Source of the DNA: Octopus bimaculoides
Lineage: Eukaryota
NCBI RefSeq assembly: GCF_001194135.2
Contig: NC_068985.1
Coordinates: forward strand, 77,710,389 to 77,774,388
Length of the DNA: 64,000 nucleotides
Direction: 5' to 3'
The notes beneath the pieces were generated by a model. It searched no databases, was not told where the DNA came from, and saw only the letters and a program-made list of their open reading frames with translations. Below, piece after piece: positions 38,301-48,309 of this stretch; within the stretch, counting starts at the first letter, position 1, and every line of letters begins with the position of its first letter. The position numbers were made by a program, and so were the translations under genes.

Positions 38301-41300
38301 GACCAACAGTCACCCATGCATACCAGCCTCCCCTCTCCACGCCACCAATGTTATCCAAGGGAAAGGCAAAGGCCGATACAGCTTGGCACTAGTGATGGTA
38401 CAGGTGATAGAACTGGAGCAGCATGAAATAATGTGTCTTCCTCAAGAACACAACACAGCCTGGTCTGGGAATTGAACTCGCTACCTCTTGATTGTGACTT
38501 CGACACTCTAGCCACTCAACCATGCACCTTCACACCAGAATAACCAACTGATGATATTTAACACTTAAGCATTCAAACCAGTGATAGCCGGCCAAAATAT
38601 TCTACAGGTTTTATATTCAAGCTGGTCGGATCTGACCTTTCACACCTACTCTACAATGTCATTCTAAAAACGAACAATCACTTTATCAAAATCTTAAAGA
38701 TATGAAGCAGTGCAGGATTAATTCAAAACAATGTGAATAAATAAGCATTACATTTGATAGGGTAATCTGAGTGCTAAAGAGTTATGGGTTGTTGTAAGGT
38801 TTGTTTCCTACCAAATGTTATTGCTGTTAGATGTCACATTGTATTCACATCCATTCTCTCCTTTATTCACTGAACAGACATGGGGGCTGTCAAGCTGCAT
38901 TATTCTGTGCCCTGTGGACACTCTATGACCAACTCCATCATGACAAGTCTATAGATGTTTACCAAGTTGCTAAACTGTATCACTTAAAGCGAACTGGTAT
39001 TATTGGAACCAAAGTAAGTAGATTCTCTTTTGTTTTTGTTTTTTTCTTTCTTGACACAACCCATTACATATAATGTATATATGCATATAAGTTTTGGAGA
39101 TAAAGACACATGCAAAGAAAAATGTTAGTTTGCAGAATACGATGCTATATGTGAAATAAAAATGTATGTAATCCTATTTTTCTGTAAACTGATCTCGCAT
39201 GTATATATACATTATTTTCATGTGTATGTGTGTGTGTAATTAGTAAGTAAACAAAGTACCTGTCATTGAGATTAGGACATATTTCTGTACAATATGGTTA
39301 ATATGACTGAAACAGGCTTCAGTATCCCTAATTAATTATATCAGCAATCTTTCCATGAGATACTGAGTAAGCATTTAAACTTTTGAAATTCAGCAGTTGC
39401 AGATAAAGATTTCTGAGTTCAATCTCACCTTAGGGCTTGAGAAAATATTATATAACTGTATTTTGTGGATTATAGAAAAATGACAGAGTTAGAAGAAATA
39501 GTCCAAAATATTTCACAACTGCTAAAGTTCCATTTCACTTCAAATCAAAGGTAGGTCAACTTATACTGCTGAAACGATCTCAAGGGACTAAAAAATCCAT
39601 GTGAAATGCATCAGGATTTGGAAAGATAGTGACAATGTTTTAAATGTTTACACTATGTACTACATCAACTTGTCAGCTGGAAAATACAGTATCCTAAATT
39701 TTTTTTTTATTTGCATGGGTATGCCATATCATTGCATATCATTAGAGGTAATGAAAGATATTAGTATCAAAAAGAGGCATGTGACCAGATAATACTGCTT
39801 TGATCATTCTCACCCAAGCCATATCTGCATAGAAAAGCAGACATAAATACAATGATGATGCCCATCACTCCTATTGGATTAGTAAAATCAGTAAGCGGTT
39901 GGACAAAATACATCAAGTATTTATTTGCTTTACTCTACATTCTGGGTTCAAATCTTGCTGTTCTGGCTTCACATTAATCAACTCTCTCCCTCATCAACCA
40001 AATTTGTCTTCCTTCTGCCTCTGTTAGCAATTAATGTTATTAAGCTCGTTAAAATATTTCAATCATTTATCAAGAGTTTTTTTGTTTGTTTCCTTCCTAT
40101 AAATATCTGGAAATTAGGTGATGAGGTTAAGTCTAGATAGTCATTATATCAATAATTCCTCAATTAAAAGATGAATAGGATATATGTTATGTTACAACTT
40201 CTCTAATCTACGTCCATCCGTATGTCCTAATGCAGAGGCAATTGAAACAAGGGAGATTACTCTACTAGTGTGTTCAACTTGAGATGCAGTTTACTCTAAC
40301 AAGGAGTTAAGTGTTCTGGGGTAGATTCTCAGTTTTTGGTTTTTGGTTTTTTCTCAGGAAAAAAATTGAGGAGGTGGTATTTATGTTTTCTAATGGAATT
40401 GGCTATAAAACGAAATCAGAACGCTCCCTTAACAGTTCCAGACACTGAGCTCTCAGTGAAAAACAGTCTGCCTGTCGCAATGTTTTCATCTCACATTTCA
40501 ATGGTTCTGTTTTACATCTCTTGTTTCATGCTTCCATGANNNNNNNNNNNNNNNNNNNNNNNNNNGGGGGGGGGGGGCTACAGTCAGGTTGTTAGCTGAG
40601 TTTGGTGCAGCTATTTTAGAGCTGAATTTCCTTCCTAATACAAACCCTTCAAATAGGTGGTAGGACTGGAATTTGTTTTCTAACTAGGTGCCTTGATCAT
40701 GAGTACAATACAAAGAGTGTACTAGAATATGAACTTATGAGCATGGAAGTCAGTAGTATATGTGTGTCATCATTATCATTGTTTAAATTCTGCCTTCCAA
40801 GCTGGCAAGGGTTAGATGCTTTCTCAGGAGCTGACCACTCAATAGACTACACCAGTCTTCTGTGTTGTCAGAAAGGGCATCCAGCCATAAAAACTATGAC
40901 AAACACCCTGCAGAGTGAACTGAGTGCTTTTTGCACGGCACCAGCACAGGTGAGGTCAGTTTTGGCATGGTTTTTACAACTGGATACCCTTCCAAATGCC
41001 AACCACTTTACAGTCAGGACTGGATGCTTTTTATGTGGCATCAGCACCAACAGGGTCACCAAGTAACTTGCAAGACAAGGAATCTTTGAGAGGGGGGAAG
41101 GGCATTGGAGGAAGTGATCCTGTGTCAGATGATGAAAGGATAGTGTGTGACAGAGAGACAGAAACAGATGTCTTGCTATAGAGGACGTACATGGTTACCT
41201 GGCCAGAGAGAGAGAGAGAAAAAGCATGGGGGTTTAGGTATGAAATGATAGGGATAAATCAACAGTTACAGTTTTGTTTTTACTACTGTACAAATGCCAT

Positions 41301-41528
41301 CCTTCCAAAATATCTTCTTTTGCATCAAACTTTAACATTGTCTATTTGTTTCTGTTGCAGGACAACTATCATTATTTGTACAAAGCAATCGACAGTCTAT
41401 GTAAACACATGGCTGAGAAGGAGAAAGAAAAGGAGTCCTATCGAACTGCTACACTTCCTCACCACAGAGCCATCAAAAATGGCATGTTACCTAACTCTAA
41501 CTGCAATGGGCCTTGGCCAGACATGTAG
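8796..41528 (+). CDS. Ptp99A: Receptor-type protein tyrosine phosphatase, Ptp99A / R5 (PTPRG-PTPRZ1) type; 5'-incomplete, 16 coding exons in window (about 695 aa)
   Basis: Exons joined by hand at GT-AG sites give one continuous frame of 2090 nt ending in TAG. Order is TM helix, wedge ([12 protein letters not shown]), D1 ([79 protein letters not shown]), then D2 with IVIDRHGG in place of VHCSAG. A D2 Cys-to-Asp change is the known R5/Ptp99A signature. Orthology is from motif recall, not a search. Confidence 0.92.
8983..9350 (+). mobile_element. tRNA-derived SINE interrupted by a MITE
   Basis: Head GGCTGTATGGTTAAGAAGTTTG..GCAACCAC at 8988-9033; resumes CCCATTCTGTG..GGACAAGTGTC after 9262. Confidence 0.75.
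9038..9258. mobile_element. piggyBac-like MITE (family 1) with TTAA target-site duplication
   Basis: TTAA|CCCTTTAGCATT ... AATGCTAAAGAG|TTAA; other copies at 35834-36055 and 38562-38781, partial copies at about 14392-14560 and 970-1165. Confidence 0.8.
11371..11477 (+). CDS. PTP exon 2: juxtamembrane segment
   Basis: catttcag|A...TAT G|gtatgt; [35 protein letters not shown]; 107 nt, phase 2 to 1, which bridges the flanking exons exactly. Confidence 0.85.
11940..12240 (-). mobile_element. tRNA-derived SINE with a GGTCTTTACCCTTTA-type tail
   Basis: AAGGGTAAAGACCCC..GGTCATGAATGACCAT tail hairpin and CTGAGTGAACTGGAG body; paralogous copy at 38207-38530. Confidence 0.82.
12685..13225 (-). mobile_element. 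tRNA-derived SINE containing an expanded 28-bp minisatellite
   Basis: TTGTTTCAGTCATT start, CAGTTGTCAAG, (CA)n, CTACCAAATTCACTCACAAGGC, CTTGCCCAAG. Confidence 0.8.
12731..12920. repeat. 28-bp minisatellite, 7 copies
   Basis: GAGGATTTGGTCAATCAAATAGATGTCA; invariant core ATTTGGTCAATCAAAT at 12736, 12764, 12792, 12820, 12848, 12876 and 12904. Confidence 0.95.
13397..13693. repeat. Fold-back inverted repeat / long-TIR MITE
   Basis: Left arm ..TTTTGCAATTTTCAGAAAA..TTTGTGTTCCATACGCGGAAATTCATAGGATTATAAAAAA is the imperfect reverse complement of the right arm TTTTTGTATAATTGTATGAATTCTCCATGTGTAGAACATAAAT..TTTTCTCAAAATTGCAAAA. Confidence 0.8.
13864..13961 (+). CDS. PTP exon 3: wedge region
   Basis: gttttgcag|AA...GAT|gtaagt; [32 protein letters not shown]; 98 nt, phase 1 to 0. 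Confidence 0.92.
14620..14760 (+). mobile_element. Penelope-like pseudo-LTR fragment with a minimal hammerhead relic (14668-14713)
   Basis: GACAC-CTGATGA-A-GGTTG-gagggtatat-CAGCC-AAAA-CGTT-GTGTT; minimal hammerheads are a known feature of Penelope-like elements. Confidence 0.65.
15430..15990 (+). repeat. Arm A of a local inverted duplication (partner 20530-21100)
   Basis: SINE body plus unique flank plus the start of a CR1/L2 fragment; 15784-15835 is the exact reverse complement of 20708-20759. Confidence 0.9.
15925..16115 (+). mobile_element. CR1/L2-type LINE reverse transcriptase fragment
   Basis: [13 protein letters not shown] (QHGF..GRS.LT motif) followed by [25 protein letters not shown] (YLDF.KAFDKV.H motif). 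Confidence 0.82.
16588..16681 (+). CDS. PTP exon 4: D1 start, KNRY pTyr-recognition loop
   Basis: ttttccag|GAC...GCC T|gtaagt; [31 protein letters not shown]; 94 nt, phase 0 to 1. Confidence 0.95.
17290..17495 (-). mobile_element. tRNA-derived SINE
   Basis: CTCATTTTTGCCAGCTGAGTGGACTGGAGCAAC..GAAATGAAGT..TTGCTCAAGAACACAA block; similar copies at about 18170-18310, 32400-32515 and 43715-43985 (+). Confidence 0.78.
17512..17872. mobile_element. hAT-type MITE with 8-bp target-site duplication
   Basis: TIRs CAGTGATTTTCAACC / GGCTGAGAAACCCTG; flanks GTTTACAC (17504-17511) and GTCTACAC (17873-17880); repeated GGGTCCA subterminal motifs. Confidence 0.8.
18470..18690 (+). mobile_element. GAGCTGGCAGAA-type SINE
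   Basis: GGTGGCGAGCTGGCAGAACC...TTCATCCTTTTGGGGGTCGATAAATTAAGTACC...CAGGCCTTGTG. Confidence 0.88.
18835..18914 (+). CDS. PTP exon 5: D1 YDHTR and DYINANY motifs
   Basis: tctttcag|AT...GAT|gtaagt; (Y)[26 protein letters not shown]; 80 nt, phase 1 to 0. Confidence 0.95.
18960..19058. repeat. (CA)n microsatellite with an internal N gap
   Basis: Direct reading; one of many (CA)n, (TA)n, (ATT)n, (CAT)n and (CT)n tracts in the window. Confidence 0.95.
19460..19600 (+). mobile_element. RTE-clade LINE 3' fragment (second family)
   Basis: [30 protein letters not shown] resembles RTE W(R)SKDE.VS.LLLW.PTHG.R..GRP..TYI. Confidence 0.6.
20530..21100 (-). repeat. Arm B of the local inverted duplication (partner 15430-15990)
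   Basis: Colinear reverse complement of arm A, with about 24 extra bases near 20680-20705 and about 17 fewer near 20845. Confidence 0.9.
21755..21889 (+). CDS. PTP exon 6: D1 YIATQGP and FWRMVW motifs
   Basis: ctgttgcag|GGC...AGG|gtaaga; [45 protein letters not shown]; 135 nt, phase 0 to 0. Confidence 0.97.
22291..22425 (+). CDS. PTP exon 7: D1 KCDQYWP motif
   Basis: catttacag|AGG...AAG|gtacct; [45 protein letters not shown]; 135 nt, phase 0 to 0. Confidence 0.95.
24585..24810 (-). mobile_element. SINE of the GGAAGGGCATCCAGC family
   Basis: TTTCTACAGCTGGATGCCCTTCC block; other copies at about 9505-9590, 9655-9870, 20180-20370, 29000-29210, 30620-30745, 40780-41060 and 63800-63990. Confidence 0.8.
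24940..25070 (-). mobile_element. Penelope-like fragment with a hammerhead-core relic (24967-24997)
   Basis: Minus strand reads CTTT-CTGATGA-A-GAGC-tat-GCTC-AAAA-CATT. Confidence 0.55.
25465..26010. mobile_element. Adjacent SINE pair: antisense copy (about 25465-25830) then sense copy (about 25865-26010)
   Basis: GTTTCAGTTATTAG...CTACCAAATCCATTCACAAGGCTTTGG...GGAAGCAAGCTTCT, then (TA)n, then GGTAAGAAGTTTGCTTCCC...GACCAAAGCCTTG. Confidence 0.8.
27659..27810 (+). CDS. PTP exon 8: D1 WPD loop and catalytic Cys
   Basis: cttaacag|AAA...TGC AG|gtgagt; [50 protein letters not shown]; 152 nt, phase 0 to 2. Confidence 0.96.
28262..28397 (+). CDS. PTP exon 9: D1 P-loop and Q-loop
   Basis: gtatttcag|T...GAG|gtaagt; (S)[45 protein letters not shown]; 136 nt, phase 2 to 0. 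Confidence 0.97.
28790..29210 (+). mobile_element. RTE LINE 3' end fused to a SINE
   Basis: [35 protein letters not shown] (RTE GRPRKTW...DR..WR motif) followed by TAGGAAGGGCATCCAG...CCCATGCCAGTATGGAAAGC and an (ATG)n tail. Confidence 0.75.
29478..29627 (+). CDS. PTP exon 10: D1 end and D1-D2 linker
   Basis: gtgttgtag|GAC...CTG|gtaagt; [50 protein letters not shown]; 150 nt, phase 0 to 0. Confidence 0.94.
30108..30606. mobile_element. Tigger/pogo-like MITE, long copy
   Basis: CAGTAATCCCTTGACTATTGCGGGTG ... degenerate ACCATGTTATGGCGAGTGAATACT end; shares both ends with 61552-61775 in the opposite orientation. Confidence 0.72.
31280..31490 (+). mobile_element. CRE/SLACS-like non-LTR retrotransposon REL endonuclease fragment
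   Basis: [23 protein letters not shown] and, after a frameshift, [20 protein letters not shown], resembling CRE KY..L...F.P.AVET.GV.G and WL.QRISLA..RGNA. Confidence 0.68.
31647..31817 (+). CDS. PTP exon 11: D2 start
   Basis: aatttcag|TTG...CAG|gtaagt; [57 protein letters not shown]; 171 nt, phase 0 to 0. Confidence 0.95.
32805..33030. mobile_element. piggyBac-like MITE (family 2), degenerate
   Basis: AAATCCTTTTGGTACCAACC...TAAATTAAAACCTTCCA..AAAAT...CAGAAATATGGTAACAAAAAGTTAA; second copy at about 56890-57115. Confidence 0.62.
33804..34695 (+). mobile_element. Helitron/Helentron-like non-autonomous element with an internal 383-bp tandem duplication
   Basis: Units start at 33804 and 34187 with high similarity, plus a partial third unit near 34481. 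The 3' part GAGTTTCATCAAGG...TAGTCTTGGAGGAGTT...ACAAACAC...TTATTATTATAGAT resembles Helentron-type non-autonomous ends. The duplication is certain; the family call is recall only. Confidence 0.5.
34872..35000 (+). CDS. PTP exon 12: D2 TQHP and FWRMVWD motifs
   Basis: tattccag|GGT...GAT|gtaagt; [43 protein letters not shown]; 129 nt, phase 0 to 0. It is absent from the ORF track and was found by reading the sequence. Confidence 0.96.
35834..36055. mobile_element. piggyBac-like MITE (family 1)
   Basis: TTAA|TCCTTAAGCATT ... AATGCTAAAGGG|TTAA. Confidence 0.78.
36119..36250 (+). CDS. PTP exon 13: D2
   Basis: ttggacag|GAC...CAG|gtaaga; [44 protein letters not shown]; 132 nt, phase 0 to 0. Confidence 0.93.
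36515..36660 (+). CDS. PTP exon 14: D2 WPD loop and Asp at the catalytic position
   Basis: ttctttcag|GAT...GAC AG|gtgagt; [48 protein letters not shown]; 146 nt, phase 0 to 2. Confidence 0.94.
38207..38530 (-). mobile_element. tRNA-derived SINE, same family as 11940-12240
   Basis: TAAAGGGTAAAGACCCC..GTCATGAATGACCAT; the parallel ORF-track translations (MNDH.IAP...) reflect the paralogy, not coding. Confidence 0.85.
38562..38781. mobile_element. piggyBac-like MITE (family 1), degenerate
   Basis: TTAA|CACTTAAGCATT ... AGTGCTAAAGAG|TTA; same interior as 9038-9258. Confidence 0.72.
38878..39013 (+). CDS. PTP exon 15: D2 degenerate P-loop
   Basis: ctgaacag|A...AAA|gtaagt; (R)[45 protein letters not shown]; 136 nt, phase 2 to 0. 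Confidence 0.94.
41361..41528 (+). CDS. PTP exon 16: terminal coding exon
   Basis: ctgttgcag|GAC...ATG TAG; [55 protein letters not shown]. Confidence 0.93.
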   Translation, partial: DNYHYLYKAIDSLCKHMAEKEKEKESYRTATLPHHRAIKNGMLPNSNCNGPWPDM

Positions 41529-42156
41529 ACCTCAAACATCTCACTCGTTTCCCAACCCTAACCCACTGAATTCTCTCCACCACCCCACTACGACTCTGCT
41601 CTACTCTGCCTTCCTCCCCTCCTCTTATTTTATTACCCTCTTCGTTGCTGCAGATTACCTTCTACACCAACCAATGGGTCCATACACATCAGGTGTGCTA
41701 ATTGTCTCCCTTTGGTTAATTGCTTGGTTGGAGGAGAGAGAGAGAAAGAGAGGGAAGAGAAGGCATTCATCACCGAAATACATCCTACTTCTAATACTGG
41801 TCCTATCACCACTACTAGTATTACTACTACTTCTACATAACTATTGTTACCCCTATCCATCCCCAATCTTACACACATACACACACATGCATGCATACAC
41901 ACACATACTGACACATATGTATACCTTAACACACACATACACCAGTTTCATAAACATGCCATCTGCAGTGGTTTCTTGGGTTTTTTTTCTTGTTCTCCCG
42001 TTGTCTGGACATGTGTGACTGACTGTCATATATATCTGGTGAGCGTGATGAGGCACGCCACCGAGACAGAGGTGGAGATGACAGGGAAAATGCAAAAAAG
42101 TAAAAAAAAAAAAAAAAATTGATTAAAAACAAACCAGAAAAAAATGTATGGACAAT

Positions 42157-42197
42157 AATAAAAAGGAAAACATAAATTAAAAAACATTTTCAATAAA
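42157..42197 (+). terminator. Candidate proximal polyadenylation signals of the PTP gene
   Basis: AATAAA at 42157-42162 and 42192-42197, about 630-670 nt after the stop; the A-rich context makes chance matches likely. Confidence 0.3.
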
Positions 42198-42293
42198 AAA
42201 GAAAATGAGAATGAAATCAAATCAACTGAACAAAATGAAAGAAAATGCATTAAAAAGATGGATATATATACAAATATATATACACACACACAC

Positions 42294-42354
<61 letters not shown>

Positions 42355-42813
42355 TATATACTATATAAGACATACATCATATATGTACATTCATAGAAAG
42401 ATGAGACAGAAAAATTCTAAAAAATATTGAAAAGACAACAGGAAAAAGAAAAAGAGTTATGGGTTGGGTTGGGTGTTATATTTTATTTTATTTGGAGCAG
42501 AAATGTGAATTGCAGTGTCTGTTTGCGTGTCTACTTGTCTGTCTGTCTCATAAATACACTCACACACAAACACAAACACACACACGCACGCACCCTCTCT
42601 CTGTTTCTTTTGCTGGGCATTTTAGCAACCATTGTTAGCATTTGATATTTTATAAATGCATCGATATACACACACTCACACACACATGAACACAAATATA
42701 TGTTTATATATATGTATGTGTGTGCCTGTATGTGTGTATATACACACTCACACAATTTATGTATGCATTATATATATATGTGTGTGTGTGTATATGCATT
42801 AAAAATATTTATA

Positions 42814-42849
<36 letters not shown>

Positions 42850-45055
42850 TATGCATTAGATATACATTATATATATATATACACATCATATATAGCTTCA
42901 TACTGTAAACCCTGTTATGCTGATCAGCTGCTTCTGTTCTACTGATGATGATGATGGTGTTGGTGATGATGATTGTGGTGCTATTGGTGGTAGTGGTAGT
43001 GGTGCTGGTCTAAACTGATGGTGGCATGATGATTCAATTGCAAACCATGGAAAGTCATTGTTTTGTTCCTTTTTGTTTTTACCATCTTGTTTATATATAC
43101 ATGCAGATACACATCTATAACGTGTGTGTGCAAATGCATTCACATATGCATACACACACACACATATATATGTGTGTGCATGTATATATGTTTATACATA
43201 TATACTAACAAGGATTTGTGTACTGTGTATGCATAATGTCAAGAATATGGAAGCTTGGTACTGTAGGCAGAGTAAAACCATTTATATACCAGACAGTATG
43301 ATGTGATTACCATCAGTTTCAGCTTCATCTTTCAGTTCTTCAGATTGCAAAATTTAGGAATTGGAAGCCGAAACTTACAGTAACTTCAAACGTCTTGTAT
43401 TTTTCAGTTGATGAAATGTGTGCGTGTACGTGCATGCATGTATGTGCAAACACACTCACACATAAAGTGGTTGTCCATGGTAACGTAGGCAATCAAAGCA
43501 AGAGATTCACATTCTCTTGACATTTATCTGTCTCTCTTTTCCCTGCTTTATCCGTTTCTGTTGCACTGCCTTGTGTTTGTGATCAAGAACCCTATCTCTT
43601 TTTGACTGAGTACACTCAGCCACAAATTGATGCCAGATAGTCATCCAACTCATTGCTGTAAGTAATGGCTGCATAGAAATGCATAATTGGTTTGTTACTT
43701 AGTTGGCAATAGTGAAGGTGCATAAACTTGTGGTTAGAGTGTTGCACTCAAGATTGGGAGAGTGTGGTTTCGATTCCTGAACTGGGCAGTGCATTGTGTT
43801 CTTGAACAAAACACTTTTCATTTCATGTTGCTCCAGTCCACCCAGCAGTAAAGGAGTTTCCAGCAACAACCAGGAAGTTAACCCTGTGATGGACTAGCAT
43901 CTCGTTCAGAGGTGTGTGTAGTAATATCATTCACTTATACTCCATAGAAACCAGGCTAACCTCCAGCCTTATGAGTCCTCATGACAGACCCATCTTAATT
44001 GACAATGCCGGGTTCAATCTTTTATCCTTCCTGTGGGAAATGCTAAGAAAACCTTGAAATACATATTGACTGTCCCATCTATACCCTTGGTATTCACAAA
44101 AGAATGTGTCTGTGTGTTGGCAGTGAAAGAAGATTTTATGCCCGCAGTCATTTTCACTGTTATTTTTCTTCTCTATTTTATTCTGTTTTACTTTCTGATT
44201 CTCTGTTAATGATAGTTTCTGTTAAGTATCTCATCATAGGAGGAAAGGATGAGTAATAAATGAACACTGGGATTTTTTTCTTCTTAATTTTACACATATA
44301 CACAGACAACAAATCTATGCCTAGATTTCACTTTACATTATATACACATACATATGAATTCTAGAATAAAACTGATGTCACACACACTGTAAAAGCTAAA
44401 CAATTTCTGATACTGTAAAAGCTAAAAAATGTTCTGGGGGTGTTTTTGTTGGGGGACGGGGGTTAATGTGTACTTTAAGACAGGTGTGAAAAGCCTTTTT
44501 ATTGTAGGTTTTATGAGGGGCATCACTTTTCAAACAATAATTTAATAATTTGATAAACATTGTATGTGATATATTACATTAAGTAAATTATAAAAATTAA
44601 ATTGATAGTAAGTGATAGTAAGAGAATGAGAGAGAAATAGAAATGAAAATGCTCAAACTAACAGTTGAATATAAAGATTTATTATATTACAGACTTTTCC
44701 TGAACAGATATATTTATATAGGCATGATTTTTACATGTCCCATACAAAAAGAATTAAAAAGCCACATGCAACTCAGGAGTTTCAAGTTGATCAGGCCTGC
44801 ATTAGGGTGTATTATATACAATGAGATTATAAATACATATACTTTATGCATACATATATTCATTCATACACACTTGGTGTAAACACAAGAATTATATCTT
44901 CATGTACTGCTTATGTGTAACTCAATGATGATGCTCTACAATAAGTCCTACCCACTGGGGGTTCTTGTTCTTCCATTTTTTTAAATTTTTATTTCATCTC
45001 TTTCATTCCCTTGTAGCTCAATTCTTGGCAAGAGAACATCAAGTGTACAATGTGC

Positions 45056-45086
<31 letters not shown>

Positions 45087-46401
45087 ATTTAGCATGTTAC
45101 TATTATTATTATTATTATTATTATTATTATCATCATTATTATTAATAGGGTGATGGGTTGACAGAATGCCTTGAGGCATTGTTTCTTAGTTCTTTATATT
45201 TTAAGTTCAAATCCCACAGTTGACTTTACCTTTCATCTCTGCAGGGGTTATACTGGAGTCAATATAATCAACTGCATACTCTCCCTTTCCACCTAAATTT
45301 CAGGTCTTGTGTTAATGTTTGAAACAACTATTATAATTATGCCATGTGGAATTTGTTTTGGCTTTTTTTGATCTGAGTTCAGATCCTACAAGGGTCCACT
45401 TTGCCTTTCATCTTTCCAGCATTGATACAACAAATACTATTAAAGTACTGAAGTTGACATAATCAACTGCTCTCTCCCACTAAAATCTAAAACTTTGTTT
45501 TTATGTAAGAAATAATAATAATAATAAATGTCCTGGTGCAGTACCATGTACATGTTTTGTCTTGGTATAAAAGATGGGCTACAGCAAATATTCTGCTCAA
45601 TGCTACAGATTTGCTTGTCAGTTTGTTTGACCATAACCAGTTGAGCATGTCCCTCAGTAACTGATGATGTGTGCATCTCTGATCATGAGCAGCAGGAGTA
45701 TTGAGCATCATAGTCATGTGTTGAGAAGAATTTTGTGGGGTTTGAATAATTCACCTCTGGAAACCTGTGTTTCATTCATAATCCTTAATCAAACCTTATT
45801 CAAGGATCTTTTGAGCAGGATGAACTACTCAACCTGAAGAAAATTCTAATTCGGCTCCACCTGCAAGGTCATGCACTGTTTATTTTGATATGACATCACT
45901 ATGTCATGCACATATGGTTATGATACATGTACCTGGTGTACTCTTATCAGACAGGTAGTCATAATGGACACATTAGCCTTTGTATATTTGTAGCCCAGTG
46001 CCACTTTGATAGCCCTCTCACTTGATAATAATAATGATAATTACTGTAATTAGTAAGGCCTGTGAAATGCATAGCTAATGAAGTACCAGGCAGAATGTCT
46101 TATTACATCTTTAGTTAGTCTCTTCACATTTGTGTGTGTGTGTTTCAGATTTTCCCTGCTAGAGTTGACTCCTTGGCTTCAATCCTTCCCTGATCAATAA
46201 AATAAGTAGCAGTCATGTTAGCCATTATTTCTATACCATGTAGCTTTGTGCCAATGATGGAAGCAATTGTTAATTTTATTCACTCCTTTTCATAGTTTGT
46301 ATTCATTTGATATGTCACTGAACATCAGTTTTGAATAATTCTAAGGAGGGTGAGACCCTGACCAAGAATCTCACTCATTATATAATATACAAGGGACATT
46401 T

Positions 46402-46442
<41 letters not shown>

Positions 46443-48267
46443 TTTTTTGAATATGTTTTGCAAGAATGTTTTTAGTTAGGGCCATTTGTAATATTTAGTG
46501 CCTATTTAGGTAGGGTCATCAGATATTTTTGTGTTTCCAAATGTATAATATCGGTCAGTGCTTTCTGTTTGCCAGATTTATACATTTTTTAAAAATTACT
46601 TTGATGAGACCTTGTCAAAAGAAATAGGTATAACTATTGGTAGAAAAGAGCTGTTGTCGTATACTGGGAACATTGCTTCTGTGAGTTAAATGCATGTGTT
46701 GGTTTAGCTTTCTGCACCTTATCTACTATGGTAGCTGTAAATGTCTCTAAATGCTACACAGTATATTGCTGCATTCATATGTGCATACATTTTATGCTTG
46801 GGTATATGTACATTGAGTGTCCTGAGGTGTTATAAAATGAGTGTTTGGGTAGAGGATTATTTTTTTCTTCATTATCCACCTGCGCTATAAATATCAGATC
46901 ATATATATATAGTGTTAATAATGCTCATACGTGTATACATACTTATACATGATAGTGTATAAGTATATATACATTATGTATGTTATCTCACTGAACATAT
47001 CTGTGGTGAGATAATGTGTCAAGAGTTGTGGAAGGGTCCTTGATTAAAAGTTGACCCTGCTATTTGTTGACCTACAAAATGGAGGCTACAGCCACAACTA
47101 CCATCACCACCACCACTTATCCTCCTCTACTCAATGAATTCTTTAATCACCAACCCATGCTCTCCAGCCCAGTCCTTACACAACACCACCTAATTGTGTT
47201 CAATTCTCTGTTCACCACCCATCCCCTCTCTTTCATTGTCTCATTAAATATCTTGCTAATTTTTAATGATTTATGCTGTTTCATACCATTGTGTACACAC
47301 ATACACACGACCTATTACATGATGTATTATTGTTTTGCTTTTCTTCTGGATCAAACTGGCTTGGTCAGGATAAGAATAGACATACATATACATAGCCATC
47401 CTTATTAAGCTAGTGTGTACCCCTGGCAATACACTTAAGCCTGTGAGTAGGGAGATCTCTGTTTTCATGCAGTATGTATGACAAGATCACATCAGATTAT
47501 ATATGTGGTGTGTGTATTTCATTAAATGCATAACTATGTTCAAGTTTCATTTTTCTTTATTTTAGATTTTTCATTTTTTTTTTTTATTAGCTTTTTATGG
47601 TTGGTTTAGAACAGTAAAGTTTTCTAAATCCACTTCTGACATTTCTGGATCTTCACAGTCTCATTATCAAGAATTGAATTCAATATATTTGACATTTGTG
47701 TTGTTTCTTATAACAAACTCCAAATATATTCAATTCAGTTCCTTTGAAATGAATCTGAAGGACTGGAAATGTTGGATATGGATTTAGGAATGTTATGGTT
47801 CCAAACCAGTTGTAAAAAGCTAATAAGAAAATATGAAAAAAATCTTTAGAAAAAACATGAGGCTTGAATACTGTGCATTTAATGGAACACTATATGAGCT
47901 GTTCTACCACACACATATAGACAAAATTGACAATTTCTATATATATGCATGTTTTATATACCAAAGAGTTTGAGTTACTTAAATGGCTTGCCAATGTTGT
48001 CTGAAATAGAATTAGTGAGGCTGATCATGTCATTCTTGGCACTCGTTGCAAATTTTATTTGGTAACTGTTTTCCATGCTGGTCATTAAGTTTTGAACCCT
48101 CTTAATAGCATAACAGCTTTGCTGCTATTGGAAGGGAGATAACCATTTCTTCATAGTATTTGGCAGGATGAGAATTTTGAATTTCAAATTAAGGAATAAT
48201 GAAAAGTACGCATTAATAGACACAACACACACACACACATGTGCCATGCTTGACTCATGCATCTGTT

Positions 48268-48309
<42 letters not shown>

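Noticed and set aside
40326-40369. Strong pyrimidine tract plus AG that could start an alternative last exon (EKN*)
   Set aside because: It would truncate the final D2 helix, and there is no support beyond the acceptor-like sequence. Junction reads from 39013 to 40358 would be needed.
41191-42018. 275-aa + strand ORF overlapping the last exon
   Set aside because: It is in a different frame from the PTP exon, has low-complexity composition (HT and LL runs from microsatellites) and no domain; it is 3' UTR sequence.
43470-43484. RFX X-box-like GTTGTCCATGGTAAC
   Set aside because: It is a single degenerate motif downstream of the stop codon with no promoter context, so it is compatible with chance.
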